Shown: piece after piece, positions 18,421-28,538 of the stretch
How the letters are laid out: every line of letters starts with the position of its first letter
How positions within the stretch are numbered: the first letter of the stretch is position 1
NCBI GenBank assembly: GCA_045588145.1
Contig: JAZNDS010000034.1
Location: forward strand, 4,840-68,839
DNA length: 64,000 bases
Source of the DNA: Eubacteriales bacterium
Lineage (GTDB): Bacteria > Bacillota > Clostridia > Oscillospirales > CAG-272
Reading direction: 5' to 3'
The notes under the pieces: model-generated
Databases searched by the model: none
Told to the model about the DNA's origin: nothing
Seen by the model: the letters and a program-made list of their open reading frames with translations, nothing else
Translations under genes and position numbers: made by a program

Positions 18421-19104
18421 ATGATCTTTTCCTTTTTGAAAAGGGCCTTTGATATCCTTTTTGCCCTTGTGTTTATCGCTGTTTTTTCCCCTGTCTACAT
18501 ACTGACCGCCCTCATCATCGTGCTCGTCAGCCCGGGCTCGCCGATCTACAAGGCCAAAAGGGTCGGACGCGGCGGCAAGGTCTTTACCTGCTATAAATTC
18601 CGCTCGATGCATAAGAAAAGCGGCGCCGTCCGCCTGACCACCCTGAAGAGTGACGAGCGCATCTTTCCCTTCGGCCGCTTTATCCGAAAAACCAAGATCG
18701 ATGAGTTCCCGCAGGCCTTTAACATCCTTTTCGGGCAGATGTCGGTGGTCGGCCCCCGCCCCGAGGATCAGGCCATCGCGGAAAGGAACCCCGAGGCGTA
18801 TTTGCCGCTTACCGCCGTGAAGCCGGGGCTGACAAGCCCTGCCAGCGTATACGACTATACGCACGGAGAGCGGTTTGAAACCGTGGAGGAATACGAGGAA
18901 AGCTTCCTGCCCCAAAAGCTGGCCTTGGAGCGCTATTACGTTGAGAACCGTTCGCTTTTTTACGACCTTCGGGTCATTTTGCGGACCTTTTTCACCATTA
19001 TCGGTATGCTTTTCGGTAAGAAGAGCTTTAAGGAGCCGAAGGAGCTTTCGACCGCCCTTTCCTCCTTTCCCGTCACCCTGCGGCAAGAAGAACCCATCGC
19101 CTAA
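18421..19104 (+). CDS. Small monotopic phosphoglycosyl transferase (bacterial sugar transferase; PglC/WbaP C-terminal-domain type); the priming enzyme.
   Basis: One N-terminal TM segment, then KRVGRGGKVFTCYKFRSM...DEFPQAFNILFGQMSVVGPRPE. Confidence 0.85.
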   Translation: MIFSFLKRAFDILFALVFIAVFSPVYILTALIIVLVSPGSPIYKAKRVGRGGKVFTCYKFRSMHKKSGAVRLTTLKSDERIFPFGRFIRKTKIDEFPQAFNILFGQMSVVGPRPEDQAIAERNPEAYLPLTAVKPGLTSPASVYDYTHGERFETVEEYEESFLPQKLALERYYVENRSLFYDLRVILRTFFTIIGMLFGKKSFKEPKELSTALSSFPVTLRQEEPIA

Positions 19105-19171
19105 TAAAAGCTCGGGTACTCCGCTTATGCGGAGCGCTCCCTTTGCGTTTTAAACGAAAGGAAAAGACGAA

Positions 19172-20353
19172 ATGAACCAAAAAACAAAGTATAAAAAAAG
19201 AATTTTGATCACCGACGGAGATGCGCGGCAATCGCTGACGATGGCCCGTGCCTTCCGTCGGCTCGGCTGCCACGTGACGGTGCTTTGCTATTCGCGGCTT
19301 GACGTTTGCTACGCCTCCTTTTATCCCAACAACAAAATCCTTATGCCCTGTGGGCACCGCGAGTTTGACCGTCAGCTTGCGTTTCTTTTGGAGCTGGTGC
19401 AAAAAGAAAGCTATGACCTTTTGCTGCCGATCGACGATTTTACCGCCCGCTTCGTTTCCGAGAACAAGGAGCTTTTCGCCAAATACGTCAAGCGGGTCGA
19501 GGTGAACGATTGGTCGGTCTTTTCGAAGATCATCGACAAGAAGGAGACCATGCGCATTTGCGAGGAGAACGGGCTTCCCGCGCCGAAGACGGTTCTTACG
19601 GCCGATCCCATTGCGGCGATCACCGAAAAGGGGCTCTCCTATCCCGTCGTTATCAAGCCGAGGACCGAGTGCGGCTCGATCGGCTTTTCGGTGATCGAAA
19701 GCGAGGAGAAGCTTCGCGCCGTGATCGAAGCGCGGGGCGAGGGCTTTTCGGAAATGCTGGTACAGGAGTATATCAAGCCGGTGGAGGGCGCTTATCAGTA
19801 CAGTGCCGAGGTCTTTCGCGACGATATGGGCATTTACCGTTCGGTCGTGGCGGTCGAAAAGCAACGCTGGTTCCCGCTTGACGGCGGGTCCGCCGTTGTT
19901 TGCCGCGCCATACGCCACCAAGAGATCGAGGATATGTGCAAAAAGCTTCTTACCATTCTCGGCTTTCACGGGTATGCCAACTTCGATTTTTTGGTCGATA
20001 AAGAGGGAAGGATGCGCATTCTTGAGATCAACGGGCGCATCTCGGCGATCGTCCTTTTGAATTTTCGTCTTGGCATCAATATCGCCAAGCTGATCCTCGA
20101 TAATGCCTTCGGGGGCGACCTTTGCGAATGCTACGAGGTTAAAAAAGAGAATAAGCGCATTTGCTGTAAGCTTGTCGATCTTCTTTGGTTCGTAAAGGCT
20201 CCGCAACGCTTTCGGGCAAGGCCCTCGTGGTTCCGTCGTTTTGGGTTGAAGGATGTCATCTTTGCGTGGAGCGATCCCTTGCCCTCTTTTGCCTTTTTCC
20301 TGCAAAGTCTTAAAAAATATAAAAAAGCGATGAAGGAAAGAGAAAGAGAATGA
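19172..20353 (+). CDS. ATP-grasp domain protein; putative sugar N-acyl or aminoacyl ligase.
   Basis: ATP-grasp signatures YPVVIKP, MLVQEYI and E.N.R; the stop overlaps the next gene's start. Confidence 0.75.
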   Translation: MNQKTKYKKRILITDGDARQSLTMARAFRRLGCHVTVLCYSRLDVCYASFYPNNKILMPCGHREFDRQLAFLLELVQKESYDLLLPIDDFTARFVSENKELFAKYVKRVEVNDWSVFSKIIDKKETMRICEENGLPAPKTVLTADPIAAITEKGLSYPVVIKPRTECGSIGFSVIESEEKLRAVIEARGEGFSEMLVQEYIKPVEGAYQYSAEVFRDDMGIYRSVVAVEKQRWFPLDGGSAVVCRAIRHQEIEDMCKKLLTILGFHGYANFDFLVDKEGRMRILEINGRISAIVLLNFRLGINIAKLILDNAFGGDLCECYEVKKENKRICCKLVDLLWFVKAPQRFRARPSWFRRFGLKDVIFAWSDPLPSFAFFLQSLKKYKKAMKERERE

Positions 20354-21186
20354 TAAAAGAGATCAAGTTTTCCGCCTATATGTGCGTGTGGGCGGGAGAT
20401 AAAGCGCCCTTTGTCCGCATGGCGATGGAGAGCCTTCTTCACCAAACGCTTCTGCCAAGCGAGCTTATCGTGGTATCCGACGGGCCGATTCCCGATGAAT
20501 TAAAGGCGGTGATCGAGGATCCTCTCTTTGCGCCTCTTTCGGTCAAGCCGATCTATCTTAGCGAGCACGTCGGGGTGGGCAATGCCCGCGGGGTGGCGCT
20601 TAACGCCTGCGAAAACGAGCTGGTCGCCATTATGGACAGCGACGATTTTTCGATGCCTGACCGCTTTGAAAAGCAGATACGCTTTATGAGCGAGCATCCC
20701 GATATTGATATTCTCGGCGGGACCAACGGGTATTTTACCGAGGATCCCAAGGAGATCATCACCTGCTGCATCAGCCCCGAAACGCACGAAGAGATCCTTA
20801 CGGAGATTCGGACGCACTGCCCCTTCTCCAACGTGACCGTGATGTATCGCAAAAGCCGTGTTTTAGAGGCGGGCGGGTATATCGATTGGTTTTACGAAGA
20901 GGATTATTATCTGTGGGCCCGTATGCTGAAAATGGGCTGCCGCGGCCATAATTTACGGGATATTCTCGTAAACGTACGCACCTCTCCCGACCAGATGGGG
21001 CGGCGCGGCGGCTGGCGCTATTTCAAAAGTGAGCGGCGCATGCACCGTTATCTGTATCAGGCGGGCTTTATTGGCTTTTTCGGCTATATGCGGAATATTT
21101 CGCTTCGCTTTGTGGCCGAGGTGCTTTTAACCAAGCGCATGCGCTATATTGCCAGGCGCTTGCTTATCTGGAAGAAAAAGAAGTAA
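20350..21186 (+). CDS. Family-2 glycosyltransferase.
   Basis: GT-A motifs including the DSDD (DXD) motif. Confidence 0.85.
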   Translation: MIKEIKFSAYMCVWAGDKAPFVRMAMESLLHQTLLPSELIVVSDGPIPDELKAVIEDPLFAPLSVKPIYLSEHVGVGNARGVALNACENELVAIMDSDDFSMPDRFEKQIRFMSEHPDIDILGGTNGYFTEDPKEIITCCISPETHEEILTEIRTHCPFSNVTVMYRKSRVLEAGGYIDWFYEEDYYLWARMLKMGCRGHNLRDILVNVRTSPDQMGRRGGWRYFKSERRMHRYLYQAGFIGFFGYMRNISLRFVAEVLLTKRMRYIARRLLIWKKKK

Positions 21187-21195
21187 AGGGGCTAT

Positions 21196-22494
21196 ATGAA
21201 CTTCCCAAGAATTCTCCTTATCGCTTCCGAGCCCTATCGGGCCGATTCGACCTCGCGCTACCTTGCCACCTTTTTCGGGGGCTGGGATCCCGAGAGGATC
21301 GCGCAGATCTATACCGTGGATACCCTCCCGACAGAGGGCTTTTGCCGGCAGTATTACCGTGTGACCGATATGGAAATGATAGGCCGCCTTTTCGGCGGGA
21401 AGCCGGCCGGCCGGCGGGTGAGGGTAGGTGAAAAAGTACAGGTGCCCGCCGAAAAAAGAAAAAAGGAAAACCGATTTTTTGCTTTCTTCAAGCGCTTAAA
21501 CAGCCATCCGACGATGCTGTATTTCCGCTCGCTTCTTTGGAAAAGAAAGCGGTGGGATACCGAAGAATTCCGTCGATTTGTCGATGAATTCGATCCCGAG
21601 CTCCTCTTTTTCCCGATGGGGCGCAATCTCTTTGATGCTAAGATCGCCCTCTCGATCGCCGAGGAAAGAGGCATTCCGCTGATCACCTTTTTTCCTGATG
21701 ACTATTATTATCGCTACAAAAGCGATTTTTCGCCCTTTTCCTTTTTGTACCGTCGCCGTCTTTCTCGGCTTTTGAAGAGCCTTTTCGCAAAAAGCGCTTA
21801 CAATATCACGGTCTGCGAAAAGATGACCGAGCAATACGAAAAGGGCTTCGGGGCCCCCTGCCAAGCGATGTATTTTTCTTCCGGCATTACCCTTGACGGG
21901 CAGGAGAAAAGAGATCCCTGTCGCTTTGCCTTTCTCGGCTCGCCGGGCTACGGCCGCTGGCGCACGCTTCTTGCGCTCGGAAACGCCCTGCAAACCATCT
22001 CCAAGAATCTGTATATTGACGTGTACGCCAAGCCCCACGATCACGAAAAATACGAAGGGGCGCTTTCCGCCTGCCCCGCTATTCGTTTACATAAGGCCAT
22101 CCCCTATGAGGAGGTCGTTTCGGTGATGAAAAGCAGCCGCTTCGTTCTGCACGTCGAGGATTTTCGGGAAAGCAGCAAAAAGCAAACGCGCTATTCGCTT
22201 TCGACCAAGGTCTCCGACTGTCTTTCGTCGGGCGCCTTGACGGTAGCGATCGGTCCCTCGGACGTTGGGTCGATCGACTATCTTCAAAAGAACGGCGCGG
22301 CGCTTGTCTTTACCGATCCAAAGACACTGGTGGAGGAGCTTTCCCGTCAGCTTTTTGACGAGGGGCTGATCGGTAAGACGCTCGAGAGGGCGGCGGCGGT
22401 CGCCCGGGAGAATTGCGATCCGATAAAAAACAGGGAACGCTTTTTGGCGATATGCCAAGAGGCGCTCTCCCGCGCCCAAGAAAAAAAGATCTGA
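21196..22494 (+). CDS. Glycosyltransferase, GT4-like (GT-B fold).
   Basis: C-terminal region SLSTKVSDCLSSGALTVAIGPSDVGSIDYLQKNGAALV resembles a GT4 donor-binding motif. Confidence 0.65.
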   Translation: MNFPRILLIASEPYRADSTSRYLATFFGGWDPERIAQIYTVDTLPTEGFCRQYYRVTDMEMIGRLFGGKPAGRRVRVGEKVQVPAEKRKKENRFFAFFKRLNSHPTMLYFRSLLWKRKRWDTEEFRRFVDEFDPELLFFPMGRNLFDAKIALSIAEERGIPLITFFPDDYYYRYKSDFSPFSFLYRRRLSRLLKSLFAKSAYNITVCEKMTEQYEKGFGAPCQAMYFSSGITLDGQEKRDPCRFAFLGSPGYGRWRTLLALGNALQTISKNLYIDVYAKPHDHEKYEGALSACPAIRLHKAIPYEEVVSVMKSSRFVLHVEDFRESSKKQTRYSLSTKVSDCLSSGALTVAIGPSDVGSIDYLQKNGAALVFTDPKTLVEELSRQLFDEGLIGKTLERAAAVARENCDPIKNRERFLAICQEALSRAQEKKI

Positions 22495-22508
22495 GGAAAG
22501 GAAAAACG

Positions 22509-23591
22509 ATGCAATACCATCTTCTCTTATTGGTAAGCCTATGCGTGATCGAGGCTTTTTTCAGTCTTTTTTCCTCCTCCCCTAAGCAGGAGCGCTTCTT
22601 AAAGGTCTTTTTTATGGGCCTTATGCTCTTTCTGTTCGCCGCGCTCCGTAAGGAAACGGTCGGGATTGATGTTATGAGCTATTTCAAGGATTTTACGAAG
22701 GACGCCAACTGGACGATTTCCGAGATCCTTCACGCGGGACTCAACTATTCGCAATCGCGCGACCCCGTTTTTCACGTCTTTTTGCACATGCTTTCTTGGA
22801 TAAGCCGCGATCCGCAGATCATGCTGGTGGTGATCGGGCTTCTCGTCGCCCTCGGGTTTTCGGTGTTTGTGTATTATCAGAAGGGAAGCGTGCTTGTTTT
22901 TTATATCCTCTTTATCACGCTGCGTATTTTTCCCTTTACGCTTTCGGGCTTGCGGCAAGCGACGGCTATGGCCTTCATCTTCTTGGCTTTCGCCGCCCTG
23001 CAGAACCGAAAGCATATCCTCTTTCTGCTGCTTACCGTTCTCGGTGGGCTCTTCCACGAATCGGCTTTTATCTTCCTACTGGCTTTTCCGATCTTCAAAT
23101 TTAAAAGCACGATGGTCGTGGGGGTCTCAACGATGACGCTTGCTTTTGTCAATATGGTGATGAAGAACCGTTTGGTGGCAGGGGTTGCGTTTAATCTTTT
23201 CGGGGGGCGGTTTGCCAGCTACGCCAACACAGCGATCGGCGGGGATTTCGAAGGGAGCACCACCTTTTTGCTATATATGCTGCTCTTTGCGTTCGTGATG
23301 CTGTTTTATCCCGTCTTAAAGCAAAGCTACGAGGATACGGGGGCGATGTTCCGCCTTTCTTCTACCGCTATGATGTTTTCGATCATCGGGCAAAGCATGC
23401 CCAACATGTTCCGTATCGCTTATTACTTTATTTTTGCGCTTCTTTCCTTTGTGCCGCGACTGATTGAACGGATGTTTGAGCCGAAGATCCGTATCCTTGT
23501 GATCTTTTTGTTTGTTTTCCTTATGAGCGCGCAGTATATCCTGCTCGGGCCCGGCGCCGGGGTTGAAAACTACGTGTTTTATTGGCAGTGA
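22509..23591 (+). CDS. wzy: EpsG-family O-antigen/EPS polymerase (Wzy-like).
   Basis: About 10 TM segments; EpsG-like pattern with a conserved-looking FHESAFIF segment. Confidence 0.75.
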   Translation: MQYHLLLLVSLCVIEAFFSLFSSSPKQERFLKVFFMGLMLFLFAALRKETVGIDVMSYFKDFTKDANWTISEILHAGLNYSQSRDPVFHVFLHMLSWISRDPQIMLVVIGLLVALGFSVFVYYQKGSVLVFYILFITLRIFPFTLSGLRQATAMAFIFLAFAALQNRKHILFLLLTVLGGLFHESAFIFLLAFPIFKFKSTMVVGVSTMTLAFVNMVMKNRLVAGVAFNLFGGRFASYANTAIGGDFEGSTTFLLYMLLFAFVMLFYPVLKQSYEDTGAMFRLSSTAMMFSIIGQSMPNMFRIAYYFIFALLSFVPRLIERMFEPKIRILVIFLFVFLMSAQYILLGPGAGVENYVFYWQ

Positions 23592-23598
23592 GGGCAGC

Positions 23599-24765
23599 AT
23601 GAAGATCGGAATTCTGACGCACTATTATAAGTCGTCCAATTACGGGGGCAATCTGCAGGCCTTTGCGCTTTGTCAGGCGCTTTCCCGCATGGGCTATAAC
23701 TGCGAGCAGATCTCGTACGATTCGGCCTACGGGCAGAACCGCGGGCGCCTTTGCCGCCTGCTTTCGCTTTCCCCCCGCCGCTTTTTTCAAAAAATCGTCT
23801 CCCGCCTTTTCGGAAAGCGTTCCAAAACGCCGCCCGCGGTCGCGGCCCTGTTAGAAAAAAGAAGGCAGGCGATCGGGGTTTTTAACCGAGAGAGCATCCC
23901 CCATAGCGAGGAGGTCTATAACGTCGATACGATCAAAGAGGCCTCGTCACTTTACGATGTTTTTATCACGGGAAGCGATCAGGTCTTTACCCGCGGCGCG
24001 GTATGCCCCGCGTATTTATTAAGCTTTTTGCCCGAGGGAAAGCTTCGCTTTTCCTACGCTGCCAGTATGGCGCAAAAAAGCTTGACAAGGCAGGAGGAAA
24101 AGACCTTTCGGGAGGCGCTTGCCGCTTACCGCGGGCTTTCGGTGCGTGAGCAAAGCACGCTTTCTTTGCTTTCCCCCCTTTACGCGGGAAAAACCGTTCT
24201 TTCGCTGGATCCAACGCTTTTGCTTGCCCCCTCGGCGTGGGAGGAGCTTTGCCCCCCTCGCCTGATCGAAGAAAAATACCTTTTCTGTTATTTTCTCGGC
24301 AAGGACAAAAAGGAGCGGGAGCTGGCAACGGCTTATGCTAAGGAAAAGGGGCTTGTTGTTGTAACGCTACCGCATCTTACGGGCTTTTGCGAGGAGGACA
24401 TGGGCTTTGCGGATAAACCGCTTTACGATATTTCTCCCCTGCAGCTGCTTTCCTTGATCCGCTATGCCGACATAGTCTTTACCGACAGCTTTCACGCAAC
24501 CGTTTTTTCGGGCATCTTTCACCGCCCCTATTTCACCTTTGAACGGGCGGGAAATCGCGAGGCCGGGACTCGGATCGAGACGCTGGCTTCGCTCTTCGGC
24601 CATGTGGGGCGCTTTTGCGACAGCGAGGAAAAGCGCACGCTTTCCTATCTGCTTTCGGCAGAGAAATTGGATTATAAGAACGAAATGAATACCCTTCTTG
24701 AGGCGCGAAGCGCGTCGGAGGCATATCTTTTGGATATGCTTCGGGGGGTGGAAGGAGACAAATGA
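23599..24765 (+). CDS. Polysaccharide pyruvyl transferase-family protein (CsaB/WcaK-like).
   Basis: Reads MKIGILTHYYKSSNYGGNLQAFAL, a typical PS_pyruv_trans N-terminus. Confidence 0.8.
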   Translation: MKIGILTHYYKSSNYGGNLQAFALCQALSRMGYNCEQISYDSAYGQNRGRLCRLLSLSPRRFFQKIVSRLFGKRSKTPPAVAALLEKRRQAIGVFNRESIPHSEEVYNVDTIKEASSLYDVFITGSDQVFTRGAVCPAYLLSFLPEGKLRFSYAASMAQKSLTRQEEKTFREALAAYRGLSVREQSTLSLLSPLYAGKTVLSLDPTLLLAPSAWEELCPPRLIEEKYLFCYFLGKDKKERELATAYAKEKGLVVVTLPHLTGFCEEDMGFADKPLYDISPLQLLSLIRYADIVFTDSFHATVFSGIFHRPYFTFERAGNREAGTRIETLASLFGHVGRFCDSEEKRTLSYLLSAEKLDYKNEMNTLLEARSASEAYLLDMLRGVEGDK

Positions 24766-26306
24766 AGGTCAATCAGCTGAAGATGGGCTCGTTCCTCTCT
24801 TACGCGCAGATGGCGCTGGGGCTTCTGATCGGAATCCTATACACTCCCTTGATGATCCGCGCCCTCGGGCAAAGCGAATACGGGCTTTATAACACCGTTT
24901 CCTCCACCATCTCCATGCTGTCTCTTTTAAGCCTTGGGTTCGGCAGCGGCTATATCCGCTATTTCGCGCGCTACAAAAAGGAAAACGACCAAGAAAGCAT
25001 TTATAAGCTGAATGGGCTGTTCCTTCTCATTTTCCTTGTCATTGGTCTTGTGGCGCTTGGCTGCGGGCTCTTCCTTTCCGAAAATCTTACCCTGGTTTTT
25101 GACGAGGGGCTGACGGCGGAAGAATACCGCATCGCCCGCGTTCTGATGCTGCTTCTCACCTTTAACCTTTCGGTCTCCTTCCCGATGAGCGTGTTCGTCA
25201 GCATCATCTCGGCGCATGAGCGCTTCGTTTTCCTGAAAACGCTCGGCATGCTGAAGACGGTGGTGGGGCCGCTCGTCACGCTTCCGCTTCTCCTTCTGGG
25301 ATACAAATCCATCGCTATGGTGGCGGTGACGGTCGGCATCACGCTCTTTACCGATCTCTTATATGGCTATTACGTCATAAGAAGGCTCCGTATGCGCTTT
25401 GTCTTTCGCGGCTTCCCCCGCGGGATCTTTCGGGAGCTTTTTACCTATACCGTCTTTATCGCCATCAATATTTTGGTCGACCAGCTGAACTATAACGTCG
25501 CTAAGATCCTCTTGGGCCGCTTTCGCGGCACGGGGGCGGTGGCGATCTATTCGGTCGGCTATACGCTTTACACCTATTATATGATGTTTTCGACCTCGGT
25601 CTCCGGGGTCTTTACCCCGCGTGTGCATCACCTGATCGAAAGGACCTCCTCGGATCCCGCGGCGCAAAGAAGCGCCTTGACCGATCTTTTTACCAAGGTC
25701 GGGCGGATCCAATTCCTGATCCTCGGGCTGATCGCCACGGGAGTTATTTTCTTCGGTCGCCCCTTTATCGCGATCTGGGCGGGGGAGGGATACGAGGATT
25801 CGTATCTTGTGGCGGTGCTTCTGATGATCTCGGCCTCGGTGCCCCTGATGCAAAACGTGGGGATCGAGATCCAGCGCGCCGAAAACCGCCATCGGTTCCG
25901 CAGCATCGTCTATATTGTCATGGCGATCATCAACGTGGCGGTTACGGTATTCCTCTGTCAGCTCTATGGGGCGGTGGGGGCCGCGATCGGCACGGCGGCT
26001 TCGCTTCTTTTGGCGAACGGTTTAATTATGAATATCTATTACCATAAGCGCTGTAATATCGACGTTCTCTTTTTCTGGCGAAACATTCTGCGTGTTTCGC
26101 TCGGCCTTTTGCCGCCGATCGCCGTCGGTGTCCTGATCAATCACCTTTTTGCGGTAGAGGGGCTGCTTTCTTTGGCGGTCGCCGCCGCGGTCTACACGCT
26201 GATCTACGTCGCCTCGATGTGGCTTTTCGGCATGAATGCCTACGAAAAGGATCTTGTGCGCCGCCCTTTGCGGAAGCTTTTTCATAAAAAGGAGGCGGGG
26301 CTTTGA
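24762..26306 (+). CDS. wzx: MOP-superfamily oligosaccharide flippase (Wzx).
   Basis: About 14 TM segments with a polysaccharide-biosynthesis-protein pattern; overlapping stop/start with its neighbours. Confidence 0.85.
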   Translation: MKVNQLKMGSFLSYAQMALGLLIGILYTPLMIRALGQSEYGLYNTVSSTISMLSLLSLGFGSGYIRYFARYKKENDQESIYKLNGLFLLIFLVIGLVALGCGLFLSENLTLVFDEGLTAEEYRIARVLMLLLTFNLSVSFPMSVFVSIISAHERFVFLKTLGMLKTVVGPLVTLPLLLLGYKSIAMVAVTVGITLFTDLLYGYYVIRRLRMRFVFRGFPRGIFRELFTYTVFIAINILVDQLNYNVAKILLGRFRGTGAVAIYSVGYTLYTYYMMFSTSVSGVFTPRVHHLIERTSSDPAAQRSALTDLFTKVGRIQFLILGLIATGVIFFGRPFIAIWAGEGYEDSYLVAVLLMISASVPLMQNVGIEIQRAENRHRFRSIVYIVMAIINVAVTVFLCQLYGAVGAAIGTAASLLLANGLIMNIYYHKRCNIDVLFFWRNILRVSLGLLPPIAVGVLINHLFAVEGLLSLAVAAAVYTLIYVASMWLFGMNAYEKDLVRRPLRKLFHKKEAGL

Positions 26307-27457
26307 TCCAAATCGACGATAAAAGGAATTGCAGCGGCTGCGCCGCCTGCGCCTCTGTATGCCCGAAGCAATGCATCACGATGCAGTCGGACGAAGAGGG
26401 ATTTTTATATCCTTCGGTCGATCGGGAAGCCTGCATCAACTGTGGCTTATGCGAGCGCGTATGCCCGGTTATAAAGAATAAAGAAAAGGCGGACAAGCCC
26501 TTTTTGGGCGAAGCCTACGGCGCCTATGCCCGTGACGGGGCGCTGCGCGAAAAAAGCTCGTCGGGCGGGCTTTTCACCCTGCTGGCGACCGAGGTGCTTC
26601 GCCGAGGCGGTTTCGTTTTCGGCGCGGCGTTTGACGGGGAAATGAAGCTTTCCCACCGCGCGATCGAAAAAGAAGAGGAGCTTTCGCTTCTTCGCGGCAG
26701 TAAATACCTGCAAAGCGAGATCGGCGACAGCTACCGAAGGGCAAAGGCCCTTCTCACCGAGGGGCGGCTTGTGTACTTTTCGGGCACCCCCTGTCAGATC
26801 GCGGGGCTCCGCGCTTATCTTCAAAAGGACTATGAGGGGCTTATTACGCAAGACCTTATCTGCCACGGCGTTCCCTCGCCCTTGATATTCCGAAAATATC
26901 TTGCCTATAAGGGTAAGGATCACCAAGGGGTAAGGGGTATCTCCTTCCGTGATAAAAGAGAGGGCTGGCACCGCTACGGCTATGCGCTTTCCTTTGGAGA
27001 CGGGAGTGAAAGCTTCGCGCCTTCCTCTCAGGATGAGATGGGGCAGCTTTTTGCGAAAAACCTTTGCCTGCGCCCCTCTTGCTATGATTGCGCGTTCAAG
27101 GGGATAAGCCGAGAGAGCGATATCACACTTGCCGATTTCTGGGGTGTTGAGAAGATCGCCCCGACGCTTTATGACGGAAAGGGGACCTCACTTTGTATCC
27201 TGCATACCGAAAAGGGAAAGCGACTTTTCGACGCGATAAAGGAAAAGACCGTATGCGAAGCGGTAAGCCTTGAGGCCTCTTTGCCGTATAACGCCTCGAT
27301 GCTGCGCTCTTCACCCATGCCCAAGGGGCGGCAGGGCTTTATGCGGGCGGCTTGCGAGGGGGATTTTTATCCCGCCTATCGCCGCTATACGAGGGTCTCT
27401 TTCCCTCGGCGTCTTATAAGAAGACTTAAAAGAGAGATAAAAAGGATATTCCGATAA
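26303..27457 (+). CDS. Protein with a 4Fe-4S ferredoxin domain and a coenzyme F420 hydrogenase/dehydrogenase beta-subunit-like domain; the usual partner of pyruvyl transferases in EPS loci. TTG start.
   Basis: CSGCAACASVCP and CINCGLCERVCP cluster motifs at the N-terminus; TTG start with AGGAGG 9 nt upstream. Confidence 0.7.
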   Translation: MIQIDDKRNCSGCAACASVCPKQCITMQSDEEGFLYPSVDREACINCGLCERVCPVIKNKEKADKPFLGEAYGAYARDGALREKSSSGGLFTLLATEVLRRGGFVFGAAFDGEMKLSHRAIEKEEELSLLRGSKYLQSEIGDSYRRAKALLTEGRLVYFSGTPCQIAGLRAYLQKDYEGLITQDLICHGVPSPLIFRKYLAYKGKDHQGVRGISFRDKREGWHRYGYALSFGDGSESFAPSSQDEMGQLFAKNLCLRPSCYDCAFKGISRESDITLADFWGVEKIAPTLYDGKGTSLCILHTEKGKRLFDAIKEKTVCEAVSLEASLPYNASMLRSSPMPKGRQGFMRAACEGDFYPAYRRYTRVSFPRRLIRRLKREIKRIFR

Positions 27458-27487
27458 AATAAAATGCTGAAAGAAGAGGTGCAACCA

Positions 27488-28537
27488 ATGTCACTTTTCG
27501 CAAACAAAACTTTGCTTATCACCGGTGGGACCGGGAGCTTCGGGAACGCGGTCTTAAACCGCTTCCTTACCTCGGATATCGGCGAGATCCGCATTTTCTC
27601 GCGCGATGAGAAGAAGCAGGACGATATGCGCCATGAGTATCAGGCCAAATTTCCCGAGCACGCGGGAAAGATCAAGTTTTATATCGGGGACGTCCGCAGC
27701 ATCGATTCGATCCGCCCCGCGATGGTGGGGGTCGATTACGTCTTTCACGCGGCGGCCTTAAAGCAGGTCCCCTCGTGTGAGTTCTTCCCGATGGAGGCGG
27801 TCCGCACCAACGTCATCGGTACCGAGAATGTGCTGACCGCCGCTGTTGACGCGGGGGTCAAAAACATCGTCTGCCTTTCGACCGATAAGGCGGCTTATCC
27901 CGTGAACGCGATGGGCACCAGTAAGGCGATGATGGAGAAGGTGATCGTTGCCAAGTCCCGCACGGTCGACCCCGAAAGGACCAAGATCTGCTGCACCCGC
28001 TACGGCAACGTGATGTGCAGCCGCGGCTCGGTGATTACGCTGTGGATCGACCAGATCCGTGCCGGCAAGCCGATCACGGTGACCGACCCAAAAATGACCC
28101 GCTTTATCATGTCGCTGGAGGAGGCGGTCGACCTTGTCCTCTTTGCCTTTGAAAAGGGCGTCAGCGGCGATATTCTCGTCCAAAAGGCCCCCGCTTGCAC
28201 CATCGAAACACAGGCCAAGGCGGTCATTGAGCTGTTCGACAAGGAGAAAAAGACCGAGATCCGGATCATCGGTATCCGCCACGGCGAAAAGATGTACGAA
28301 ACGCTTCTTACGAACGAGGAGTGCGCGAACGCCATCGATCTCGGCAACTTCTACCGTGTGCCCGCCGACAAGCGAAGCCTTAATTACGATAAATATTTTA
28401 TTGAAGGAAATCCCGAACGCAATACGCTTTCGGAATTCAACAGCAACAACACCGCCCTTCTGGATATCAACGAGGTAAAGGAAAAGCTTCTGGCCCTTTC
28501 GTATATCAAGGAAGAGCTTGCGAAGGCGGAAGGATAA
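27488..28537 (+). CDS. fnlA: UDP-N-acetylglucosamine 4,6-dehydratase/5-epimerase (CapE/FnlA/WbvB type).
   Basis: Colinear with S. aureus Cap5E throughout, including LLITGGTGSFGNAV..EIRIFSRDEKKQDDMR..YIGDVR..HAAALKQVPSCEFFP..TNVIGTENVL. Confidence 0.9.
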   Translation: MSLFANKTLLITGGTGSFGNAVLNRFLTSDIGEIRIFSRDEKKQDDMRHEYQAKFPEHAGKIKFYIGDVRSIDSIRPAMVGVDYVFHAAALKQVPSCEFFPMEAVRTNVIGTENVLTAAVDAGVKNIVCLSTDKAAYPVNAMGTSKAMMEKVIVAKSRTVDPERTKICCTRYGNVMCSRGSVITLWIDQIRAGKPITVTDPKMTRFIMSLEEAVDLVLFAFEKGVSGDILVQKAPACTIETQAKAVIELFDKEKKTEIRIIGIRHGEKMYETLLTNEECANAIDLGNFYRVPADKRSLNYDKYFIEGNPERNTLSEFNSNNTALLDINEVKEKLLALSYIKEELAKAEG

Positions 28538-28538
28538 G